From the NCBI RefSeq assembly GCF_004010195.1, contig NC_057719.1:69812401-69876400 (forward strand): a stretch of DNA of 64,000 nt, given 5' to 3'. Below, one piece after another: positions 11,309-25,050 of the stretch (positions are counted from its first letter, which is position 1; every line of letters begins with the position of its first letter). The translations under genes were made by a program, and so were the position numbers. Source of the DNA: Chiloscyllium plagiosum (taxonomy: Eukaryota). Under the pieces are notes generated by a model, which had not been told where the DNA came from, ran no database searches, and was given only the letters and a program-made list of their open reading frames with translations.

Positions 11309-14300
11309 GGGATTCTGCGTAATCCAAGATGGAGGACAGGAAAAATTTCTGGCTGTAACAGCTGCTCCTTTTTTTTTTGAGGTATTTTCCTTAAATTACT
11401 GTTTTATATGCTGTTGCATTGTTTTGGAACTTTGGAGAAAAAAGTAAAAAAAAAACAGCAGTTTTAAAAGAGGAAGAGACAGAGACATAGAGAGAGACCA
11501 CACTGCTAAACCGACAGAGTTAGCAGCTATTGCCTTTGCTGTTGAATTCATGTATCATTAGACATCTGAGTGGATCTGAGAAAATTGAAAAATAAAAGTG
11601 AAATTCACAACTGACCTTAGAGGAACCTATTTGGGAAAGGTCACAGCACAGAAGCAGATAAGTGGACTTTAAGTGTGGCCTGAAAAATAAGTCTGCAGGA
11701 GTGAGTAGAGTGGGTTCTTTCTTGATTATATGTTTTATTGAGCTATGTCTTTTGATTAAATTTAAAATATAAGCCATAAATATTAATTTGACCTGGAGCA
11801 GTGTTTTGTAGAGGAATAAGAATGCTATTTTCTGGATCTGTAGATTGAAAGAAGCAAAAGTGGCCGTTAGTAGAGGGATATGCTCTTCTTGTCAGATGTG
11901 GTAGTTTAGAAAGAGAGTTTACGGGTTACTGAGGATTATATCTGCAATAAATGCTGTTGATTGCGAATCCTATCGGATCAAATGGATCGGTTGGAGAGGC
12001 AGGTAGAGGCAATAAGGAATTTACAAGAGCAAGGGGATGTGATGGATGGCATTTCTAGAAGGGGGGGCGGGGGGAGTCTCAGATACAGTCGCATAGATGG
12101 ATTAACTCCAGAAAAGGTACAAGAGATAGGCAGATAGCCACAGGAGACTCCTGCACTATCCACATTTCATACAAGTAATGCTGTTTTGGAAAATGTAGGG
12201 GGTGGTGGACATTCAGGGGTACATAGCATGAACAGCCATGTTTCTGGTATTGAGACTGGCTCTAATGCAATGAAAGCTACTGCGGGTTTCAAGTAATCAA
12301 TTGTGTTAGGGGACTCTCTAGTCGGATGTACAGACAGACGTTTCTGTGGCCAGCAGCGAAAAATCAGACTGGTGTGTTGCTTCCCTGGTGCCAGGATCAA
12401 GGATGTCTCAGAGAGGGTGCAGAAAGTTCTCAAGGGGGAGAAGGACCAGCAGGAGGTCATTGTACACATTGGAACCAACAACATAGGAAAGGAAAAGGTT
12501 GAGATTCTGAAGGGAGATTACAGGGAGTTAGGCAGAAATTTAAAAAGGAGGTCTGTGAGAGTAGTAATATCTGGATTACTCCCAGAGCTATGAGCTAGTG
12601 AGGGCAGGAATAGGAGGATAGTGCAGATGAATGCACGACAGAGGAGCTGGTGTATGGGAGAAGGATTCACATTTTTGGATCATTGGAAGTGACCTGGACA
12701 AGAAGGATGGATTGCACCTGAAATGGAAGGGGACTAGTATACTGGCAGGGAGATTTGATAGAGCTGCTCAGGAGGTGGAGAAGGGGGGGTGGAAAACACA
12801 GGGAGATAGTGAGGAAATATTTCAATTTGAGACTGGCAAAGACAAGTCAAACAGTCAGGTAGGCAGGGACAAAGCAGAGAACAGGGTGGGACTGATAAAT
12901 TAAACTGCATTTATTTCAATGCAAGTGGGCTAACAGGGAAGGCAGATGAACTCAGGGCATGGTTAGGAACAGGGAACTGGGATATCATAGCAATTACAGA
13001 AATGTGGCTCAGGGATGGAAGGACTGGCAGCTTAATGTTCCAGGATACAAATGCTACAGGAAGGACAGAAAGGGAGGCAAGAGAGGAATGTGAGTGACAT
13101 TTTTGATAAGGGATAGTATTAATGCTGTATTTAGGGGTGATATTCCTGGAAATACATTCAGGGAAGTTATTTGGGTGGAACTGAGAAATAAGAAAGGGAT
13201 GATCACCTTATTGGGATCGTATTACAGACCCCCTAATAGTCAGAGGGAAATTGAGAAACAAATTTGTAAGGAGATCGCAGTTATCTGCAAGAATAATAGT
13301 GTGATTATGGTAGAGGATTTTAACTTTCCAAAACAGACTTGGACTGCCATAGTGTTAAGGGTTTAAATGGAGAGGAGTTTGTTTAGTGTGTACAAGAAGA
13401 TTTTCTGATTCAGTATGTGGATGTACCTACGAGAGATTGTACAAAACTTGACCTACTCTTGAAAACTAAGGCAGGGCAGATGACTGAGGTATCTTTGGGG
13501 GAGCACTTTGGGACCATTAGTTCTGGCTATTAGTTTTAAAACAGTGATGTAAAAGGATATACCAGATCTAAAAGTTGAAGTTCTAAATTGGAGGAAGGCC
13601 AATTTTGACAGTATTAGGCAAGAACTTTCAAAAGCTGATTGGGCACAGATATTGCAGGTAAAGGGACGGCTGGAAAATGGGAAGCCTTCAGAAATGAGAT
13701 AGCTAGACTCCTGAGAAAGTATAGTCCTGTTAGGGAGAAAGGAAAGGCTGGTAAGTAAAGGGAATGCTGGATGACTAAAGAAATTGAGGGTTTGGTTAAG
13801 AAAAATAAGGAAGCATATGTAAGGTATAGACAAGATAGATAGAGTGAATCCCTAAAGTATAAAGGCAATAGGAGTATACTTAAGAGAGAAATCAGTAGGG
13901 CAAAATAGGGACATGAGATAGCTTTGCCAAATAGAGTTAAGGAAAGTCCAAAGGGATTTTACAAGTACATTAAGGACAAAAGGGTAAGAAGGGAGATAAT
14001 AGGGCCCCTCAAGGATCAGAGTTGAAAATGTGTTGCTGGAAAAGTGCAGCAGGTCAGGCAGCATCCAAGGAGCAGGAGGATCGACGTTTTGGGCATGAGC
14101 CCTTCTTCAGGAATCACATCTCCTTCCTCAGCACCACAGCCACATCTTCTTCCTCAGCACCTGCCTACAACCACAGCCCCCTCTCCCCTCAAGGATCAGC
14201 AAGGCGGCCTGTGCGTGGAGCCACAGGAGATGGGGCAGATACTAAGTCAGTATTTACTGTGGAGAAGGACATGGAAGATATAGAATGTAGGGAAATAAAT

Positions 14301-15467
14301 GGTGACATCTTGAAAAACGTCTATATTACAGAGGAAGAAGTACTGGATGTCTTGAAATGCATAAAGGTGGATAAATCCCCAGGACCTGATCAGGTGTACC
14401 CTAGAGTTCTGTGGGAAGTGATTGTGGGGCCTCTAACTGAGATATTTGTATCATCGATAGTCACAGGCGAGGTGCCGGAAGACTGGAGGTTGGCTTACGT
14501 GGTGCCACTATCTAAGAAAGGTGCTAAGGACAAGCCAGGGAACTATAGACCAGTGAGCCTGACGTCAGTGGTAGGCAAGCTGTTGAAGGGAATCCTGAGG
14601 GACAGGACTTACATGTATTTGGAAAGGTAAGGACTGATTAGGAATAGTCAACATGGCTTTATGCATGGGAAATCATGTCTCACAAACTCGATTGAGTTTT
14701 TTGAAGTAAAAAAAAAGAGGATTGATAAGGGCAGAGTGGGACATGTAATCTATATGGACTTCAGTAAGGCACTTGACAAGGGTCCCCATGGGAAACCGGT
14801 AAGCAAGATTAGATCTCATGGAATACAGGGAGAACACACCAGTTGGATACAGAACTGGCTCAAAAGGTAGAAGACAGGGTGGTGGTGGAGGGTTGTTTTT
14901 CAGACGGAGGCCTATGACCAGTGCCACAAGGATCTGTGCTGGGTCCACTGTTTTCCATCATTTATGCTCATATCCAAATCATTTACATAAGAGGTATAGT
15001 TAGTAAGTTTGCTGATGACACCAAAATTGGAGGTGTAGTGGACTGCGAAGGAGGTTACCTCAGATTACAATGGAACCTTGATCAGATGGGCCAATGGGCT
15101 GAGAAGTGGCAGATGGAGTTTAATTCAGATAAATGTGAGGTGCCACATTTTGGGAAAGCAAATCTTAGCAGGACTTATACACTTAATGGTAAGGTCCTAG
15201 GGAGTGTTACTGGAGAAAGAGACCTTGGAGTGCAGGTTCATAGCTCCTTGAAAGTGGAGTGCAGGTAGATAGGATAGCGAAGAAAGCGTTTGGTATGCTT
15301 TCCTTTATTGGTCAGGAGTATTGAGTACAGGAGTTGGGAGGTCATGTTCCGGCTGTACAGGGCATTGGTTGGGCCACTATTAGAATATTCTGGTCTCCTT
15401 CCTATCAGAAATATGTTGCGAAACTTGAAAGGGTTCAGAAAAGATTTAAGGATGTTGCCAGGGTTGA
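11309..15467 (+). mobile_element. Near full-length CR1 LINE: 5' UTR, ORF1 (zinc finger plus SGNH esterase), ORF2 (APE endonuclease plus RT); 3' end missing; many stops and frameshifts
   Basis: ORF1 CSSCQMW...DYICNKC ~11880-11955, LGDSLV, FPGARIKDV, VHIGTNN; APE motifs YFNASGL, YYRPPNS, DFNFP; RT motifs [30 protein letters not shown]. Confidence 0.93.
14020..14184 (-). mobile_element. Short PLE terminal fragment inserted in CR1, with a hammerhead-like motif (GAAA mutated)
   Basis: 15-bp target-site duplication (TSD) CCCCTCAAGGATCAG at 14005-14019 and 14185-14199; minus strand CTGAAGAAGGGCTCATGCCCAAAACGTC. Confidence 0.8.
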
Positions 15468-16090
15468 CTAGAATGTTATTGTGTATTGCAAAGCTGATTT
15501 TTTTTTCAAAAATGGAGGAGATCATGCTTCATTTATACTGGACACTAAGACCACATCTGGATGACTCTGTATCAGTCCCCTTATTTAAGAAAAAAGGCAT
15601 GTATGCAGAGGATACAGTTCAGAGAAGGTTAACTATATTAATGCCTAGATTGGGTAGGTTGTCTTATGATTAAACATTGGACAAGTTAAGCTTGTAACCA
15701 TTGGGTTCTAGAAGGGCGAGATGGAACTTGATCAAAACATATACCGTCCTGTGATATCTTAACAGGGACAGTGTAGAAATAGGGGGTCACGCTTTAAAAA
15801 TAAAAATGGGTTAACTATTTAATATAGAGATTGTGAGAATCTTTTTCTCAGTCCTGAGGCTCGGAATTATCTTCCTGGAAAAACAATAGTAACAGGGTCT
15901 TTGAATATTTTTAGATGCTTGATAAAAAAAATGAGTTGATGGGGGTTGGTGGGGGTGGGGAGGGGGGGGGGTGGCTGCAGAGTACCAGTGAGGAGGGTGT
16001 GTAAAAGGTTTAAGTATAGACCGAAAGTTAAGTCATCAGATTTGCTCTGACATTATTGAATGACTCACACCTACTCTTTATTCTTATGTC
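15468..16090 (+). mobile_element. Older CR1 3' fragment
   Basis: LRPHLD, VQRRLTILMPRL resemble the C-terminus of CR1 ORF2. Confidence 0.65.
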
Positions 16091-18889
16091 CATACCTAAA
16101 ATGGTGAAACTGCAAAATCTTAGTTTCTCTGACATAAAATGAAGGTGCTGTTGTCATTGGTTCATCAGAGCTATGGGTTGAATGGTCCAGTAACACTTAA
16201 AAATATTTTCAGCACGGCATTGATCACATCACTTCAATCCTGCACCTCCACTAAGAGATAAACCAAGTAATTTAATAATACAAGTGACAGAATTACTAAA
16301 AAGATATCATCAAATGCCATTTAAAAATTCCACATTTCTTCACTGTTCATCAATTTACAATTCTAATACTTTGCATGAAAATATCTTCATGAATTTAAAT
16401 ATCAGGTTAACTCTTTGTTTTGCTTCTTTTTATTTAATCATATTGGCTTCAAATATCTAATTTAAGTTTCAAGCCAGAAATGCAACCAATATGGCGATTG
16501 AGGACACTTAAAGCAGGATCCTAAGGCATAATTGATTATAAGCTGGGAGGTCCTGCATCTATTTACATATTGATATAATGTATGTTTAGAAATCTGCTAT
16601 TTTGGAAGTTATATATAAATTATAAACAGTCCTTAAAATTTTTCCATATTTTTTCTTTCATTTACATGATCTCACTGACAAGGCCAATATTTGTTGCTTA
16701 TTTCTAATTATACTGAAAAAGAAGCCTTACCAAGCCATTTGTAAGAGCAGGTACACATTACTTTGACTCTACAGTAGATCAGACTGGATAAGGATGAGAG
16801 GCTTCTTTCCATGGAAGAACACTAGCGAACTGAATTATTTTTGATAGCTATGGTCACTGCTGAATAGCTTTATATTCCAGAATTATTAATGGAATTTAAT
16901 TTCCAGCAAGATGTGATGGGATTTGCCTTGGACGCTGGATTATTAGTTCAGTGACATTACCATTGCACCACTGTTCTACGTCCTTTGTAAATATATTTTC
17001 CATATAATGTGACAAAGTAATATAATACATTGGAACCTAGAAATATGCACAGAAGTCATTAGCTTACTGCTTAACTGTAGGATTGTAGAATTGTCAATTT
17101 ATTCCATTTGTAAAATCAGGTGCTTTTCATCATTTTTCTTTCCTCATTTCATTAAGGCATTGCCACTCTGCTGGGTATGGTTCCATAAGCACTAGGCATC
17201 ATCTGGCATCTTGCTGGTCATTATTCATGGGCGATCTTCAGTAGATGTTATATTCATTCCTGGCTTGCAGGAATGAAAATACTGTCTTCCCCCAAGTATC
17301 ATGTCATATTCAAAATTTTCAGTCAATACTTTTATAAATTGAACTCAAACAAGCTCTTAAATAAGTTGGTGCCAGTCATGATTTCAGGCATTTGGATAGA
17401 AGACAGCATCAGGTCTCTGATGAATGACTAATTAAAAAAGAGGGCATGTGTGCATTTCACAGATGACTGTGCAGTAATTTCACCCATGTCATTGTTTATG
17501 GATGCATATCATCAAATGACTGGAGTTTCCAAACACATTATCTCCATGTTCTATGTTGGACAAGTTGAGAGATCAGAATACAATGGTTACGACAAACTTC
17601 CTATTGCAGGATGGCTTCTTCTATTCAAACTGGACTGGGTAAATCTCTGAAACATTAACCTACAATATGTGATGTGGAATCAATATGAACCTAACATTTT
17701 ATTTGGAAAAGACCTTGAATTTGTGAAAATCCTCATGGTGAGACAACTATTTTCCTTGGATGTTTAAAAGACCACGTCAGAACTGTTTACAGGCAAATCC
17801 ATTAGCTAGTTTGAGAACCAGACTCTGAAGCTCGGGATAAGTCATCAGGCATGCAAAGTACTTTTGAAACTGCAACAAGTTCACCAGAAAACCCACTTCC
17901 CACATATTCAACGACAAGAAGCCTTGTGAAATTAGTTTTACAAATTTCTCAAATTCAACATAAAATCAAATCTTTTCAATAGACTACAGGCACAGGAGAC
18001 TGGAAATTTTAGATCAAAATTACTGAATAAACTACAATTTGTCAAAGTGCAACATTTCTTATCTATATCCAATCTTTGCAGGTGTATGTTTTGATGTTTG
18101 AGACTGAATATTTGACATTCATTAATGTGGGGTAAGTGCATAAATAAATGATGTTCTTTAGTTTAAATTCACAGTTGAATGGTTTCTTTGAATAAATACT
18201 TCAAAAAAGGTGAGAAAAGAGATTTTGTATGGAAAAATGTGTCAGTGACAGGTAAGAAGAGAATATATACATGGTTACTAATATAACCAAACATATGAAT
18301 TTCCAGTTGGGATGTCTAGACAATGGTCAGGAGTAGGAACTTTGGCCAGTTTCTTATGGTTTAACCATCAAGCCTAAATTTAACATGTTTACTTCCATTG
18401 AAAATAAGAACAGGGAACAAAACATCATTGATGCCTGACCTTTAACCTTAACAACTCACTTAATGGAATAAGCAAATCTGTTTCAAATTATGAAATATTA
18501 AAATTGCATAGAATTAACAATACAGAAATTGACCATTTCACCCAACTGGTCTGTGCCAGTTGTCTTTACCATTTTGCTTCATTAAACTCATCAGCATATG
18601 CTTTCAATCCTTTCTCCCTTGTGTACTAATCTTTACAAAATTACTTCAACAATTGCAAGTTGTTAAAAATTTCACATTCTAACCACCCGCTGGTAGCAAT
18701 GACCTCCTAAAATTTAAAAGCAAATTACTGCGGATGCTGGTACTGAAACCAAAAGAGAAAATGCTGGAAAATCTCAGCAGGTTTGGCAGCATCTGTAAGG
18801 AGAGGAAAGAGCTGACGTTTCACGTCTAACTGACCCTTTAGGCTCGAAATGATCTTTTGATCTCCTAAAAATTGTTCATTGTATTTATT

Positions 18890-20384
18890 TACCATGGACT
18901 CACCATGGAGTACTCTTTAGTATCTGTCTCATTCTTGGACACATGCAATTCTATCAAGGATGGGCACCTCCGCACTACACTCTACTGCAAACCCACGGAA
19001 AACCTTACGATGCTACACTTCTCTAACTTCCACCCGGAACACATTAAAACAGCCAGCTCCTACGGACAAGCCCTACTCATACACAGTATCTACTCAGATG
19101 AGAAGGAATGTGACAGGCACTTGGAAGTACTCAAAGATGACCTCATATGAACTGGGTACAATGCTCAACTCATTGACTTCCGGTTCAGATGTGCTACAGC
19201 GAGAAACCGTAATGACCTCCTCAGGAGAGGGACATGAGCTGCAAATATAGGGTACCCTTCATTGTCCAGTACTTCCTGAGAGCCGAAAAACTACGCCACA
19301 TTCTTGCAGCTGGCAAAACATTATCAATGAGGATGAGCACTTCACCAAGAACTTCCCCACGCCTCCACTTCTTGCCTTTAAAAAAAGGCCAAGCCACAGC
19401 AGCAAACTTGCCAGCTTTCAGAACAACATCATACAACTGTCACGGCAAGACATTTCAGAGTGTCAACATAGATACCACCATTACACGTTTCTGGTGGGTG
19501 GTGACCCACCTGGCAAGTACTCATGTTACTCAGCCAACATTGTCTATCTCATATGCTGCAGGCAAGGATACCCTGCATGGTACATTGGCAAGACTGATCA
19601 GAAGCTAGGGCGATGGATGAATGGACACTACACAACAATCACCAGCTAGGGGTGTTCCCTCCCAATTGGGGAACACTTTAGCAGTATGGGTTATTCGGCC
19701 TCAGACCTTCGGGTGCCCGTCCTGCAAGGCAGACTTCGGGACAGGCAACAACTCAAAATGGCTAAGCAGAGGCTGATAGCCAAATTTGGTACCCATGAGG
19801 ACGTCCTCATCTGGGACCTTGGGTTCCTGTCAACTACAGGTGACCCCGCTGCACTGTACACACTCTCTCTCACGCACACACTTAGTGGCCCCTGCATGCA
19901 CACATAAAAGTTTGTGCAGTGAATTTGTACTGAAAGAAGTACATTTTATTTTACTCAAAAACCACATAAATCCATGCAAGATTCTGTAAAACCCACTTTA
20001 GAAATAGAAATCAGTCTGACTTAACATTGGGACACAGACAGACTTTAACCTCACACCTTTAATGCGTTATCTGAGCTGACAGGGCACCTATTATTAAAAC
20101 TATCTTGGAGAATGTAACTTTAAAAATTCTGGGATTGACATATGAAGGAACTGAGACTAACATGATCATCCTAAAAGATGAAAGACTTAATCTAAATTTG
20201 TTTAATATTCCATGACACTGCAATCCTGTTGCTACAAATCCTGTGCCTTATGCTTCTGCTCCACAACTACCTGATGAAGAAGCATTTCAAAAGCTAATGC
20301 CTCCAAATAAACCTGTTGGACTATAACCTGGTGTTAGGATTTCTAAACTTCGTTCACCCCAGTCCAACACTGGCTCCTCCCAAG
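18890..20384 (+). mobile_element. Penelope-like element, 5'-truncated: RT thumb, GIY-YIG endonuclease, 3' pseudo-LTR
   Basis: VSFLDT..LYCKPT..HP..YGQAL (PLE RT); ANIVYLICC..WYIGKT (GIY-YIG) ~19530-19600; 13-bp TSD CATTGTATTTATT at 18877-18889 and 20385-20397. Confidence 0.88.
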
Positions 20385-22869
20385 CATTGTATTTATTAGT
20401 GACCATTTCATATTTACAATGCCTGCTTTTCATTTCTCCCCAGAATCTTTATGTTTAGCCTATCAAATACAATTATCATTTTAAAGACCTCTATTAGGTC
20501 ATCTCTTGGTATTATCTTTCCGATAGGAAGGAATCCCAGCCTGTCAAATCTATCATCATAGATGTAACTTGTCAGTTCAGAGTCATATATTTAAAATGAA
20601 AGTGAGTGCTTGTCACTTCAGCTGGTAACATGACTGAGTGATTTAAGCTGATGATTTAAGTTCTGGTCTCATTGGAGATGGAAGTTGAAATGTTCACTGT
20701 CAAACAGATGGCAAGTTTTACTATTACTATCTGAAGTGCATTACCTGAAAGAGTGGTGACCGTTGATTCAAATCTTAACTTTAAGAAAAGAAAATTGAAT
20801 AAGTGCTTGAAAAGTAACACATTTTCAGTGTTATGTGGAAAGTGAATAGCAGTGTGACTAATTGGTTCCCTCTTTCACAGGAATCATAGGCTGAGTGCTT
20901 TCATGCTTTGTATGCTTCTATGCAACGAGAGATTTTTTTTTTCCTTTTGATTATATAACAACATTAAAAACAAAAGAAGAAAACCATGTATTTATACAGA
21001 GCTTTTCTGCTATCAGGACAATTCCTTTTACTTTACGACCAATTAATACATTTGTTACAAAATAAAAAGACATACTGTAGCGAAAGCAGTTTCCTGGCCA
21101 TTGCGTTTGTATGAAAATAGTTTACATGAATTTGATAGCACTTAACCATTTTGTGAGAATTTTTGTCAGAAGTAAAAACATTACTTTTCATTTTCACATC
21201 CAAGCACAGCATTATGATGATAAAGGAAAATTTGTAAATTAAGTTTTGATAACTTTGAGACTGCATAATGCTCTCTCAATTAAATATTGGTGAAAGTAAA
21301 ATTGTGTCCTTCACATAATTGTTCTTTAAATAATGTCATGAATCTTTTAACTCCTTGTTTATGTAAATCTACATACTAAATATATTTTTCAAAAACATTA
21401 ATTATGAATGAATTTTCGAAATAACAAAGTAGAAATGCATTATAATTCAAACCTTTGGGCATTACAGTTGTAACATGAAGACAAACATGAGGTGTTACCA
21501 ATATCGTCAGATAATGGAAAGATTGATAAATTTGACACATTAAAAATGACTAAAGCCAGCTGAATTGTTACCCAACATTCTACACAATATCACTTTACTG
21601 AAAAGCACATATTGGGTTGAATTTAATTCCTGTGGTGCAGTTACAATGGTGGATCTGGAAGTGGGCATTGTCACCGATAGGAAGGGATGCAGCCCCTCAA
21701 CTGCAATGATCCAGTGACTAGCCAACTGTTAGACCAATTATACTTATACCCATGTGGCTTAACAAAAAAACTTGAGGGGAGAACTTGCAACTGCTTTTAT
21801 TGAGCCTGGGAGAAGACACTGGATGGCTCAATGACGCTGGCCTACACAGTTTCTTCACCAGGTTGTTCAGAAAAGGCAGAAGTTCTCTCTCATAGCAATG
21901 GTAAGATGAGGCCTTCCACCTAAACAAAGAAGTCTGTATGGAGATAGCGATGGGGAATGTCAACACCAGTTGTCTGATGATACATTTGATCTCTCATTGG
22001 TCACACTGCCCATGGTCTGAGAGTAGGTGTATGGAGGAGCTGTCTGGGAGCCAGAGGGATGCCAGTAAAAAATGCAGTCAGCTGCTGTTTTTGTGAAGAT
22101 ACATGACATTTCTCCTCCTGCTTCCAGATTAAATAGCCCCACGGGGAAGGCTTAGACTGATGGAGTGGCACATTGCTGCTTGCAACAGAGGAGGCCCTCA
22201 ATCTGGCAGGAGCACATCACAGCATTGTGGTTACAAATCTGAAACAGGAGTTGTGAGCAAGTGGGTGAGGAGGATGCACCTACTTCTGGATGAAAGGATA
22301 TTGACATTAGCCATGGATGGTATAAGAAAATTTGAAGTCTTTTCTTCCAGAATGTGTGTTTTCCCAAGCAAGTTTGTACACTCCAAAAGGACGGCAGAGG
22401 CCAGGTACCCATGGCCCACCCCTGAGCAGGAAGATTCCTCAGACCTTGCACCATTCCCATCCACCAGTGCAGAGACTCCCACAGTGACTACATCCTCATG
22501 ATTAGACTCAGGGGCACAATCTGGTGAATGTAAATCACAGTGCAGCTCAGTGCGGCTGATGGAGGCTGTGACAGCTGAAGACACTGACAGTCCAAAGATC
22601 TGAAGGAAAAGCCCATGCTTGAACCCCAGGTAGAGGAGTTGTCTCTGGGGTCAGGCACACAGAATGAGCTAGAGTGTCTGCAATGGACAGGGGAATATCT
22701 CACTGCTGAGCATTACGTGCACCTATGTAGCAGAAGGGAGAAGAATTTGAGGTCATGAATGCTGCTGTGTCTCAGGTGTGTGGGAATATACTGTTCTCCA
22801 CAGAGATTGACAGTGCCCATAGAGAGACTGATCCAGCAGATTAATCAGTAAATGCTGAAGGTATTTGTT

Positions 22870-23680
22870 TTTCAGACACATTATAGTGCACATCTGAAGT
22901 AGGTGGGACTTAAACCCAGAATTTCTGGCCTAGAAACAAGGACACTGCACCTCAGATGCACTGATTTTTTTTTCTTAGTCAGTCTATTCAGAGATATTTA
23001 GTACATAACTCTGCATCAAGTGGGACTTGAACCAATCCTTCTGAGCACAGAGGTAAGGACACTATGGCTGCACAAGAACTCCAAGATGCACAAATAGATA
23101 TTTTCTAATAAACCTATTCAGAGATGTAATTATATGTCTCTAGAGCAGATGGCACATGAATTCTGGACTCCTGGGGCAAAAAGGTAGGAATACTACCACT
23201 GTGCCACAACAATCCAAGATGCACCAGTAAGTTAGAAGTGTTAAGAGTTTGTACACATCAACAATTGATAGCATTGTTTCAACAAATTGTTGCTTTCTTT
23301 CAGTTGTCAAATAGAAAGTATCCTTGCCCCTTTCCAGCTCCACTTTGATTTAGCCTCCACTCCCTCACCTTTGAAGGTTGCATTTTGTTCAATGGGCTTT
23401 GCACAATCAATTGGAAAACACAGGTGATTCACTTGTGGCACTTAATAGATTTACTGAGGGAAAGAGAGTACTCAGCTGTAAATATAATGAAAGAAAAAAA
23501 ATATAGGAAGTACCCTTGGGTTTCTTGTTGTGTAGTGGTAATTTCATCATCTTTGTGCCAGGAAATCCAAGTTAAATCCCATCTGCTCCAGTGGTGTGTA
23601 ACAACATCTGTCAACAGGTTGACCAACAGTATCTAGAAAATATTCCTTGAGTCTGTGGTAGTGGTACCTTTGAGCCAGGA
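22870..23680. repeat. Cluster of ~120-bp tRNA-like (SINE-head) units: three on minus, one plus a partial on plus
   Basis: Recurring TTCAGAGA(T/C)...GTGGGACTT(G/A)AACC...AGG(T)AAGGACACT...AGATGCA at ~22870, ~22985, ~23115; reverse-oriented copies at ~23520 and ~23650. Confidence 0.6.
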
Positions 23681-23699
23681 TATACATGGCAAGATTTCT

Positions 23700-24340
23700 A
23701 AAGACTCTCAAACTTCTGAAGAGAAATTCCTTCCCATTGCAGTTTTAAATTGGCGCCCCTTAATTCTGAGGCAATGCCCTCTAGATTGTGACTCTCCCAT
23801 GAGAGGAAACATCCTCTCAGTATTTACCCTATGAAACCCTTCAAGAATCTTATCCATTTCAATGAGATCACCTCTCTTTCTTCTAAACTCCAGTGAAGAG
23901 AGTCCCAATCTCTTTTGCCTTTGGTCATAAGACAATCCTCCATACCATAGATCATCCTAGAGAACATACTCTAAACTGCCTCTAACGAAATGATAGCTTC
24001 CCTTAAGGGAATCAAAATTGCTCACAGTCCTCCAGATGTGGTCTCACCAGCACATTCTGCAGTTTCAGTAAGACTTCCATACTCTTATACACCAAATCTT
24101 TTAAATTAAAGGCCAACATGTGATGAGCCTTCATGATTATCTACTGCACTTACATACTAGCTTTTGTGTCTCATGTACAATTACCCCAAGTCCCTTTGAG
24201 TTGCTGCTTTCAGCAGGTTTCTCTCCATTTAGATATTTTCCGTTCATTTGTTCTCCCTTCATAAACGCATGGCTTCGCACTTTCCCCACACTGAATTGCA
24301 TTTGCCAACTTCGTGCCCATTTACTTAATCTATGAATATC
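23700..24340 (-). mobile_element. CR1 3' fragment
   Basis: LGLSSLEFRRKRGDLIE; WARSWQMQFSVGK. Confidence 0.85.
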
Positions 24341-24439
24341 AATATATATATACACGGTGGGTTCTTATCTTCCAAATTAACCTTGTGAAACACCTTCTGG
24401 AATTGCAAATAATTCCCGTCAATCCACTTTGAGACTTTA

Positions 24440-25050
24440 AAGCCCCTGACATGCATTCCAGGTGAAGCAGCGATTTACCTTTATTTCAGTCAGTCAATCT
24501 AGTCTGCTGTGTTGCTGTTCACAATATGGCCACTAAACTGGAGAGATGAAACAGACTGGGTGACTGCTTTGCAGAACATCTATGTTCTCTTCATAAAATG
24601 ACCCTGAGCTTGCCTGTCATTTCAACACAATACTGGTGTTCCCACACTAACATTTCTGTCACAGGGTGCTGCAGCCTTCCAGTGACCCTCAGCGCAAGTT
24701 TGAAATAAAATCTCATTTTCTGCTCAAGGACCCTGAAGCCTCTTGGATTCAACATTCAGTTCAATAACTTTCGAGCCCAAGTTCAACCTTTCAGATTTTC
24801 ACCCACAGCCATACTCTGGTCCAATCATGGCACAAGTGGCTTTTAGCACAGCCAACCTCTCTGCTCATCTCTTGCCTCCCCCACACTCAGCCCCAAACTT
24901 CAATACAATTACCACTTTTTCCTAGCTGTTAACAGTCCTGATGAGTCACTAAACTAGAAATGTTAACTTTGTTTTCTTCTTATAGATGCTGCCAGACCTG
25001 CGAATGTTTGTTTTTGTTACAGATCTCCAGAATTTGCAGTTTTGTTTTAG
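24440..25050 (+). mobile_element. Old PLE fragment (GIY-YIG region and terminal repeat)
   Basis: GEMK-RLGDCFAEHL-like remnant; terminal CTGATGAGTCAC...GAAA. Confidence 0.6.

Noticed and set aside
14022..14630. 202-aa ORF as a novel fusion gene
   Set aside because: Chance in-frame join of a PLE insert and CR1 RT; surrounding CR1 frames are broken
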